From contig LWCA01000148.1 of NCBI GenBank assembly GCA_001642005.1, forward strand, positions 1 through 47,398: a stretch of 47,398 nt of DNA. The letters run 5' to 3'. This stretch comes from Intoshia linei. Taxonomy: Eukaryota; Animalia; Orthonectida. Made by a program: the position numbers and the translations under genes. This document shows, one piece after another, positions 23,744 through 35,000 of the stretch (positions are counted from its first letter, which is position 1; each line of letters opens with the position of its first letter). The notes beneath the pieces were generated by a model. The model had not been told where the DNA came from. It did no database searches and was given only the letters and a program-made list of their open reading frames with translations.

Positions 23744-26225
23744 TCACACCTTGGAAAATAGTTCATTATTGATAATGTAAATATCTCTGATTTTTCTGTA
23801 TCAGTTCAACATATACAGAGTGATTCAACCCACCACTATGAATACCTAATACCTAATAAATACCTAATAAATACCCAAAAAATACCTAATAAATAAATTG
23901 ATAAAATCTGAAAAAATATGTTTGGATTTAAGAGTATTTAAAATACTATCATTAAACATCCATTTCAAATCGAGATATTCGGCATTCGATAATATTAACG
24001 ATTTACCTAAACGAGAATTTTAAAAAATAAAAAATTTTGAACCCGTTACAAAAGGGTACGATTCATATATTCCATTTTTTTCAAAATCCAAAAATTTTTC
24101 AATGCAATCAATGGACAATTTATTGCGTCCAACATATAACAATAGAGACATGATACATCTAATTTGATGCCACAAGAAACCTGACGCTTTTATTTCCAAT
24201 ATTGCCATTCCACATTGATCAAATACAGATCTAAGAAATGGGTCATTACTTTAAATTAGTTAATAAAAGTCGGCAACATGTGATTTTGCAAAGTAATGTA
24301 ATTATTTGCAGGAAACTGGTAATAACTAATTAATAATCAATACAAATTACGAACCTAGGTATATGCTAATTACTAAAAATCGATAATTACCCGACAGGTT
24401 CATGTAATTGTTTAATCTCTGCTTTTATTACAGTACGTTCAAATTTTTTAATTTCGTTCTTTTTACATCGACAAAAATTTCTAAAATTGTGGGTTCCTTT
24501 TAGCATTTGGCACACTTGATTCATTTTCTAGTATACAAGTTATGTTATATTAAATTGCTATGACATAAATCTATTAAAATCTCTGTAGCCCTAATAATAA
24601 ATGGCGTTTAGTTTTTGTCTCGTTGATGACAAGTGTCAAAAAGTAAAACAATAATATAATTGTTAATTTTTAGATCTTAAATATACTTGAAATATAAAAA
24701 GTATTACATTGATATCAAGATTGTAGGTAGGAAAAAAATAATTATATGTGCGACTTTCACAGTTAAATCTAAAAACTGTATGAATTATTGCATTGATAAA
24801 TCAAGAAATCTGACAAATTACCTAGCAGAAAAACCAATATCTACGAATGTATAAGCCAATATTCTTATATTTGCTGGAAGGACTCTATTCAATATACTCG
24901 GATAGTTCAATTCACCTATATTTTTCAAAATACACAAGGTAATACATTAAATACTTACATGATTCTGCACTTTCTGGCTGTCTTAGTATTCCACGCCCTT
25001 TTGATGTTACACAGCGCACAAATAATGATACTACCTATTTAATCTCAAATTAAACACAATTACATTATCATAGTTAAAATATACCTGACCAGTAGCACTG
25101 ACTCCTTTGTCTGTTCGACCACAAAATTCAATTTTAGCGGAGGTTCTAATTTTTGATAAAATTAAAAGCCTCCGTTTGATTGTTAATTAATAATTACACA
25201 TCTTTAATACATTTGACCAATTGTAAGGTTTTTATTAAATTGGCTTCAACAGTATTTTCAGTATTTTCTTGTCTAACCAAACCATCATAATCTATTCCAA
25301 TATATGAAAATAAAAGCGCAATTTTTCGTATTCCATATCTATATATTACGTATAGTTAATATATAATCTTAAAAAATATTTTCATGCATTATAATAGTAC
25401 AATGTACTTAGTACATGTATGAATATTAAAACAGAAACTAAAAAGTAATGTATTCGTAAAAGCAACTATTCGTTGGAACTTTAAAGGATTTATTAATTTT
25501 TGAGAGTAAGACTTGTTTAAAGGTTACAACCCCAGTAGTATAGACTGCTGAACTTGTCATCCATCATATAAAAAAATGTAAATACTTTTCAAAATGAAAT
25601 GTCTTTTTCCGTTTCTCCTTTTTAGAACTGTTAGTATGCATACTATTTTTTTGTAATAACATTGAAATTAATTCCTAAAATTAAAGTATAAAACGCAATT
25701 TAAATACAAACCACGTACACCATCGTAAATATAATATTCATACATAAACACACAAAAATATATAACAATGATTAGTTTGGAATCCAAACTTTGGATTTAA
25801 AATTAAGTAATGTATTTTAATCACTTATCTAACAATTTTATTATTTTTATAGTTTTAAGAGATAATTTGAGGAATTTATTGGAATAGTAATTTTATGGTC
25901 AAACTTTAAAATTTATTTATTATTTTTTAACTGAAAGTTTAAAAATGTTACTAGGATATTTTGGGGAAAAGTTAAGAAAATGAACCATACAAAATTAGTT
26001 ACATGTATAATGTACATTGTACAACAAATGCATACAAACTAAACTAACCAATGCGAATTACATGTACCTTGCACTAAGTTCTTTTCAGTGTCGGTCGAAA
26101 ACCTCGAACCTCACATTTTAAAATAATGTTAATAATTTAATACGGAATAAGTGAACCTCTTTGGAAAATTTAAGTAATTCTTTTCTAGATAATTTTTCAC
26201 CTGCTAAAACATTTAATCTTTTCAT
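23744..26225 (-). CDS. PUS3: tRNA pseudouridine(38/39) synthase (TruA family); 3' end uncertain
   Basis: FHFEK|YGIRKIALLFSYIGIDYDG...NTVE; FCGRTDKGVSATGQ (catalytic Asp); LNRVLPANIRIL; FSARFNCESRTYNYFFP; GTHNFRNFC; ASGFLWHQIRCIM. Confidence 0.93.
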
Positions 26226-26310
26226 TTTAAAATTAATTAAAAATAAAGTTTAATTTAGTAAATGTTGAAAATTTGTTAATACTTTTAGAAAATTGATAGT
26301 ACTTTGTTAC

Positions 26311-26747
26311 CAGTGGCGGATCTAAGATTTTCAGCCAGGGGCGAAATAATTATTAGTGGACCAAACGCATATAATGTATTAAAATGGGAATTTTTATATT
26401 ATGTTTATTTAATATTTCTATCTATAATTATTATTATTGTAGTATAATAATAATTTATATTTTTTTTCTAGTTTTGATTCTACTAAATTTTTCAATGTTG
26501 AACATTCAACTGTTGTTCAACTGCATCAAAATCGACAAGTTCTCTTTTGATTATGAACAACATTAAGTCTGATAATTTAACTTAAACTGATGCTACTAGT
26601 AGAGGTGGAAATTATGGGCACAACACAATACAATACTCAAGTTCAAAAATTCAATAAAGACTAATAACTAAAAAACCTTCATAATCAAATTTATTTATTC
26701 AGATTTAAAAAGGGGCTGCCGCCCTGGACCACCTATATCCGCTACTG
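26311..26747. mobile_element. hAT-type MITE (437 bp)
   Basis: TIRs CAGTGGCGGAT / ATCCGCTACTG; 8-bp TSD TTTGTTAC / TTTGTCAC. Confidence 0.85.
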
Positions 26748-26762
26748 TTTGTCACACCAGAT

Positions 26763-26995
26763 CAGGGCCGTGGAGAGGGCTCGAGCCTACAATCATGAAA
26801 CATGTTTTTAAATTTTGAAAAATTTTACATATTTATTGTTTTTATTATGATGACCAATGCGATTTCCAACAGTCATTTTTAATTTGTAGATAATGAACGA
26901 TCAATTAAGCAATGTATTGAGGATTATTTTTAAATTTTTTTTAGGGCCTACAATTCCCATTTGGCCAGGCCAGCTGCTGGATTTTCACGGCCCTG
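26763..26995. mobile_element. hAT-type MITE (233 bp)
   Basis: TIRs CAGGGCCGTG / CACGGCCCTG; flanks CACCAGAT / CATCAGAG. Confidence 0.8.
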
Positions 26996-27613
26996 CATCA
27001 GAGCCAAACCTACCTCATTAAAAACCTTATCAGAAATCACTATTCCAAAATTACAAATTGACCTTAAAAGTCATTTTGCAGTCGATGAGTAATGTCTTAT
27101 ATCCCTAGTCATCTTTCCAAGGTCTAAACTGAGTTTTAAATTTAACACATAACATAACTTATGATATTCAAAAATACATTTTTTTAATTTGAAAAAATAA
27201 TGTTCCCATTTTACAAATATTTCGTCTATATTATATTATTCAGTGGTTCTCAACAGTTTTTGAAATTTTAAAGTGTACAATGCAAACACACCACCAGTCA
27301 CCAGAGTCTGGTGTAGACTAACAGCAAATCTTTCGATAGAATCCAATGTAATTTAAATAAATGATTAGGGGTCAATTATGCGGCCCGTGCATTATTTTTT
27401 TTTAACATTTTGGCAAATTGAGTCTGACACCCCTATAATATAAATGATAGGTCTAATAATGCAAAAGTAACTAATGTTTTACAATATATTTATTATTTAT
27501 TAAATTGGGTCAAGACTATTGTCGAAAATAGAAAACTAATAGATAAATAAAAGTATATACTGATGAATAGATTAAATTTCAATAACATTAAACAGTTTCA
27601 TTAATTATTGAAA

Positions 27614-29052
27614 ATGGTAAACATTATGATTCTGGGCGATAAGAATGTAGGAAAAACAGGTTTAAAAACTAATAAATTAATAAACTTTTAGCATTTTGCG
27701 TAAAATACATGACAGGCCGATTTATACATGAATATTGCAACTTTGGTAAAATATACACGAATATTATAAAAAAATATTAAGATGAAATATACAATAAATG
27801 CGAAGAAACGAACGAAATTTATCAAATTAATTTGAAAGAATCTTGGATAAAAACAGTACAATCAGACTAGTAATTGATGAGTCATCAATAATGAACACAC
27901 TAATTCGAAGGTTGAATCTTTTTTCAGGGGTTAGCTCATATTACAAACCTTTACATATTTAATTTAAAATTTAAGAAAAATGTAATTCCAGCGTGAATAA
28001 AACGAATCAAAATCAAATCTAAATAAAATGTAACGTAAATAGCCAACATTTAAACTTTTGGGTTCATTATTGACGAGTCTAACTGGTATCTAAATGTAAT
28101 ATATAATAGAGACAAGTCTAATCTTCAACAAAACAAATGTTAACGACTAACAATTTTATCAAAAATAATTCTATATAAGGGTTTGGGATAAGTTATTTTA
28201 AAGTTTGGGATAAGGTGACATTTACAAATATTTAGCTTGGTAACTTTTACAATTTTATTGTGACATTCAATCTATAGAATGAACATAAAATAGTGTAATC
28301 ATAGACAAATATTATATCTAGAATCTACAAGATTCTAGAGAATTAACACGTAAATTTCTGTGAAAGGGTCAACCGAGGCTAAACTACTTGAATGACACAA
28401 ATTTTAGTACAATGAAAATGAATTTTGTTTCAATTGGACACATATATATGCAGTATTGTACACAATAACCAACAAGGAAACATTCAAAAATGCATTAGTA
28501 ATTATACGAAAAATTTCACAGTACAGTATAAAAATGAAATGTGAAAATGACATGATACAAAAAACAATACTTTTAATTGGAAATAAAATAGATTTAGAAA
28601 TATTTAGAGACATTTCAAAGAAAGTGTCAAATTCAGTAATTAAAAAGTACCCAGAATGTTGTAGTCATATTGAAATCAGTGTAGCGTATGCTAGTGCTTC
28701 TCAATTATCAAACTTATTAATGGTGGGTGTAAAGGACTACATTAAACAACGTAATATATCACAATGTTCATATACGTCCAATGAAAACAATACATTATCT
28801 GCAAAGAGTAGAAACAGAAAAAAAGAGACGAATGATGATAATCAAGGAACGTTAAAAAAGTATACGATGCAAGATATCAAAAAAATACGAAAATTAAATA
28901 TGAGCATTGAACCTATCGAAAAACCGGTAATTGAAATAATACAAACAAAATCTCAAAACGAAGCACTACACATTAAAAATGGAAAAAATAATTCTAAAAG
29001 TACACTGAAATTAAAAAGTTTTAAATTTTTAAATAAAACTTTTAACATTTAA
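27614..29052 (+). CDS. RERG/RASL-like small GTPase, divergent, 4 exons
   Basis: MVNIMILGDKNVGKT|AFCVKYMTGRFIHEY; WTHIYAVLYTITNKETF; LIGNKIDL; HIEISV; basic tail KSFKFLNKTFNI with no CAAX. Confidence 0.85.
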
Positions 29053-29057
29053 ATAAA

Positions 29058-32000
29058 TTAGCATTCTTCCTTTATAGGTTCTTCGAATCCAAAAATTTCG
29101 TGAATGTTGTGATTGAAAGTTAATTGTCTCAACATTTTCTAAATAAAATATAAATTTCGTTATACATCAGGCTGGTCCAAGCAAATTTGGTGTGGGGCAA
29201 AAATTTAATATAACAATTTTTTTCTCAATACTGTGCATAACTTCTTAGGTCAATTTAACGTTTTAAAAATATAGTAATTTTAATTATCGATAATTACATC
29301 CTAATAAAAACAAACCCATTCATTATATAGAAATCGATATAATTACTGACAGTACTATTCACAAATAAATTCACTAAATTCAATAAATAATTTTGATTAA
29401 TTTAATCAGATATTGCTTTTGACCAGTTTGATATGTAATACAAACCTGTGACTCAAAAGTTAAATTTTGTCTTTCTTCTATTGTTAGATATGAAAATGTA
29501 TTTTTCACGTTAATTTCACATGGGTCGGATATTGAAAATTCATCTAAATTTGTGGTTTATAATATTAATAATATTTCAATGATAATTAATTACTGTATAG
29601 AATAAAAACAGAAACTAGTATAGTTTACAACTAGGGCACATTTTTCTCATTTTTGTTTTAAGGTATAATAGATCAAATCCTTAGAATTCTACAATAGTTA
29701 ACTTTTACGTGATCTCATAATGATAAACACTTTTAAACCTAAAGGCGTGGTCAATTCAAAAGGTAACACTTACATTTATTATATAATTGGATTACACATT
29801 TTTTGGTAGAAAATTTAAATCCCCCGTTATAATTCTTGCAGTTTATTTGAATAAGATTTATTATGCATTTCAGTTTCAGAAATCAATAATTTGTAAAAAG
29901 AGTTTAGATTCACAAATTCTAAAAATGTTTACCTGATAAAAAAATGCCTTGAGCAACAATTTGTATCACCCTCTTAAACAAAGCACCAACGGTAACATAC
30001 AAAACGTTATCCTGTGCATTATATATAGTTCTTTGTGCCTTTTCCATTAACAATTCCAAAGGCTAAAATCATATTAATAAAAACTAAAAATATACTACCC
30101 ATTGCTGAACACAATGCCACGCCGAATTATTTGCAATTAAAAATCTCATAATCCGTAAAACCTTTAAAACGGGTGAATAATTTCCAATCATACCCTAAAT
30201 TTGATGAATATAAAAAATGACATTAATAATAGAACCTGGAACCACTTAGAATGCCGCAATTCAGCAAGAGCTTTTAAACAAACCGCTCTATTCAGTTTTC
30301 GAGTTGAATCTAAATAATTAAAATGACGTTTTAGCAAAACCAGACAATTAACATAATTGACTAGTTAAATTAATGAAAATTGTAAACATGGCAGAATGAT
30401 TCCCAATGCAGATGTACTGTTAAAACATTCATAATTGCGTAGCTAATGGATTTTAACTTTAAATGTAATAAAGCCACGAAGGAAATGATCATGTGCAATA
30501 TTGGGAAGTACTCAAGTCAAAATATTGCATCTTGAGTATCTGAATGTAAATAATATTTAAATAATATAAGACACTTGTTGAATAGTTTATTTACAGTTTT
30601 TATTTAATTTAATATTCTAAGAAATGGGGAACCTTTGTCCAACAAAAAAAGATGTTAATTAAAAAACAGGCAAGGTAATATATTCCAGAACAATAGCCTC
30701 TGAAATTAATTTACATGATTCATTTTAAACACAAATATTGAGTACATTTTAATTTTAATTAAATTAAATTTTCGAATTGAAATGACTGCCTGAGAAATGT
30801 TTCAATATTTTATATTTGATATAAGGTGAAAAATTGGCAATTTATTTAATAAAATTTTTATCCATATATTGATATGGGTTCCCCACATCCGTTAGAATCA
30901 AATCTAGAGCGAACATTTGCAAATATCACACTAATCATTTTTGATCAAATGGAAGAATATACAAATAAATTGGGCCATTAACTAACAAGGAGTTGCAAAA
31001 CGTGTTCGCTCTAAAGAATGCAATATTTACCATACAATTCGAATCAAAATAAACAATCCTTGCACAATTCCTATAATTTTAATTTTTAATAAAATTAAAA
31101 TGTAACATTTCTCAATCAATGCAGGCAGCATTGCTGATTTGTAAGTTGGTTGAGTTATGTTAGCGTAAAAGATACAAATAACGACAAAGATCTGGCGAAC
31201 ATTGTAATTCTATAATTTTATCAAAAGTGAAATTTAATATTTTATAATTGCAACGTAGAGCTTTTAAAGAACGTGTAAAACCCCCAAAAATATACGCACG
31301 TCAATATATGTATAAAAACATCAAAATATTACATTTTATACACCATAAAATTTAAACATTCAAAAGCGCAATAAATGAAAAATACAAATAAAGAATTTGA
31401 GAAACTACAAAAATACCGTTATTTTCTTGTTTAAATTCATTCTTTCCATTTTCACACATTTTTCTAATTATTGGACTCGTAAATACAACAGAAACTGTAT
31501 TTAATACAGTTTCATCCTTTTTTCGGACAGTAAATCCAGATTCATTTTCTTTTAACTCAATTATATAGTTTTCCTAAAATATTAGAATTAATCTATTTCA
31601 GTACTGTAAATTAATACCTCTAATTTATCTGCAAGTTTTTGAGTAATTGTAACAAGAAATTGCATGGTAGGCTCTGAAAGACAAGAAACAACTAAATCGA
31701 CAGATTTATCACTTTTTATTAATAATCCTTTCGATAAAAATGAAACTCGGTCAACACTTCGGATGGATCTTTCCTTCCTAAAAAAATATACAATCAATCA
31801 ATTGTTTTTTCATATTGCACTACAAAACGATTTCCCAGTTGTCTTAGACTAGTGATTCCTAACGTTTTGCATTATTTAAATGCCAATAAAAAAATTTCTC
31901 TAGTTATAACAAGTTACATTATATAAAGGCTCTACTTTACTTTTAGAAAAGAGTAAATACAGAGAGTAATATATTTCTTTTTGACCGTGAAGGCGTAACT

Positions 32001-35000
32001 TGGTAAGGTAGAAATTTTTTTTTAAATTCTAATACATTGTCTCATTTTTGAATATATATCATTGCCTGTATAATTTTACTTGAAGTTTTCAACATGGACA
32101 GTGTTCAGAGAACATATAATATTAAATATAAATTACAATTATAATAGTTATTCAAAATAAAAAACCAAGTTTGGTGCAGCACCCTAGATGTGCGCTACCG
32201 CCCACATTAGAAATCAATATTTTAAAACGTAAAAAAGATTATTATTTAAATAAGTTACACTTCTCGAGTTTGCTCTTCAGTTTTAGTGGTTTCAGTAGAC
32301 ACATCAACCTTAACATCTTTCGGCTCTTCTATTAAAACGGCTGATGAAGAATCCTTTGATTCCTCCACAGTAGTATTAATATCCGGTTTATCAATAGTAA
32401 TAGACTCCGAATCTTCCATTTTTATTTCTGTGTTCACTTCAGGCTTCATGTCAATGTCTGTTTTCAACGTTTTAGCTTCAACAACAGCTTCAGGTATATG
32501 TTTTCGTTTTACAATTTTTATTGTTCGACTAGAAAATTTTGAAAATTTAAAATTATTATTTATTTTTCATAGATCAGTATTTTCGTATCTTCAAACTCAC
32601 GTTACTTCTTAGATTTTTCACACACACAAAAATACATAAATTATGAGTTAGTCAAGTCTATCCAGTTGTAATTTATGACATACACTACATTGTAATAATA
32701 GTATTATTGCACCTGATTCACATCCAGATCGTGGATACATTGTTTATAATGTGAATGTTATATAAAAACGGTGTAACCATAATATGTTAATTTACAATAA
32801 GTACATACTTCTTAACTATCAAAGGTTTCCAAACATTAAAAAACACTGAAATATTTCAATTAAATATACGTTTCGAAAGTATCGTTTGAAATGACTCGGA
32901 TCGCCGATTCCACATCCATAATCATTGAATAGAATATGCTCAACTAGAAATATAATTATTAGTAGTCTAAGTCCTTATTAACGTAATTGAAAATTCCGTA
33001 ATTCCGTTAATATGGAATTTTCCCATAGTAACACCCTTGTTAATGGAATTTAATTTTTTTAAATAAAAACCATTAAATGGTCATATTTCTCTTTTTATTA
33101 TGAGTTTTTGAATAATACATGACGAAGTAATATACACAAAACATAATCAACGGAGTCCACAGCAGTTTTTTTAGGGTCCATGAAAAATTTTATAAAAAAT
33201 GGACTTTTAATTATTAAAAAAATTAGTTTATATTTATGATAGTCATTAAAAATAGATTCTAGAGCTTTAGAGATGAATTTTTTCTTAACGAAAAATCGAT
33301 TTTGTTAATTAATCATATTTATTTTTTGACAATATTTTTGTGGTTCCTTTAATGACAATGACCAAAATTTGGTAGGGTTTTGAAGAAATATTTTTAACAT
33401 TTTATGGGATCTTCAAAATCATTAAAAATTTTATAAAAAAACATTCATTAAAACCCCTACAAAATTATAAATATACGATAATAAAAATAATAATAAATAA
33501 GAAACCAACTAAAATTTCGTGAAAAAATCAATATTATAAATTAGTAAAATCGATGATTATGTGGCTCCAGACAATGGACGTCGTATAATCTAATCTCATT
33601 GTTATTGCCATATATTTTATTAGATCTGATTCGTAATTATGTTTAAAATAGTCATAAATACCTCGCTCTCTTCAGGTCTAATATCATTGTGCTTTCTAAA
33701 AATGGCATCATCCAAAAAATGTTCGTACTTTAATGGAGCGTACATTTCCTACAATTTAAATAAATTTAAAAAATAAAAGTACAAACTTGACGCATAATAG
33801 TATTGGGTATTTTCACTAAATGTATAAGTACAGGGTCTCGTTGCCACATGTAGTACATTTTACTCCATCTTTCATCCTCAAAAGTTTTATACTTGGTAAG
33901 CTTACTAAATAAAACAAAATTAAAAGTCTTTTTAAAAAATTACATGACAGGTTTTTTTTCTTTTTCTTCGTCTTTCTCTTTAACATCATCATCACTTCCG
34001 TATAAATTATCTATTGCTTTCTAAAATGAGATTAATAAATTTTAATGTATCTAATTCATAAAAAGATATATAAACCTTGTAGGTTGCGCGATGTTCATTT
34101 GAAGCGGCGTGCCACGTATTTGCATTAATATCAGTCATACCCTTATTGCAAATTTCACAGAACCATGCTTTAAATTTAGCATCATCAGTAAATTCTTTGT
34201 GTATATATTCAATTCCTAACAGTAATTGATTAGTATGAAATTAATACATAGCATACAATTGAAAAGATGATCTAATTCCAATAACCCCAGTTTTGTCAAA
34301 AAAGTATAATGAAGCATTTTACTAATTATCAGTTAGCAGTTAAATAACGACACATCCTAACCTATATAAAACTCTTTGATTGTTAGTTATCTTTTATTTC
34401 AATAACTAAATCTTTGAATTTAAAAAAGTTTTCCGGTATAGCATGATAAACTTCAATCTCAGAAATTGAGTCATTCAAGATCAAAAACTTCAATTGTCCT
34501 TTTTTTGAAAATTGAAACCAGTTCCATTATTGTAGAAAATACACAATCTGATAAAGATTTTAAAATCATCAACATTATTATAATTTCAAAATCTTATACC
34601 TTCACAGAAAAAACCATAAATTACCCTTTTTTGTAAAAATGAAAAGTTTTATAATTTTATACAACATAAATTCTGGAAGAGTTTTTAAAATCATAAGCAG
34701 TACCATAAATGACAACATCAAAAAAATTTATTTTCATGATCAAAACCACAGGATTACCATTTTATTATAAAATGAAATCAGCCCTATAATTTAAAAAAAA
34801 TTACAGATGATAAAAGTATATCCAGTAAACACACAGAAAAAATTCAATCTGATAAAGTCACGCCTTCACGGTCAAAAAAGAACATTAATATTAATGTATT
34901 TTTAGACCCTCTTTGGGACCTCGATGATATTTTTGTAAAATATTGGTTTCGTTCTTCCAAAATTGAGCATTTAAAAAAATATTTTCTTGTATATATTATT

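Noticed and set aside
26384-26566. Hydrophobic 60-aa ORF
   Set aside because: AT-rich interior of a hAT MITE.
30515-30539. In-frame TGA followed by an open frame (selenocysteine?)
   Set aside because: No selenoprotein context or SECIS-like element; a plain stop is more parsimonious.
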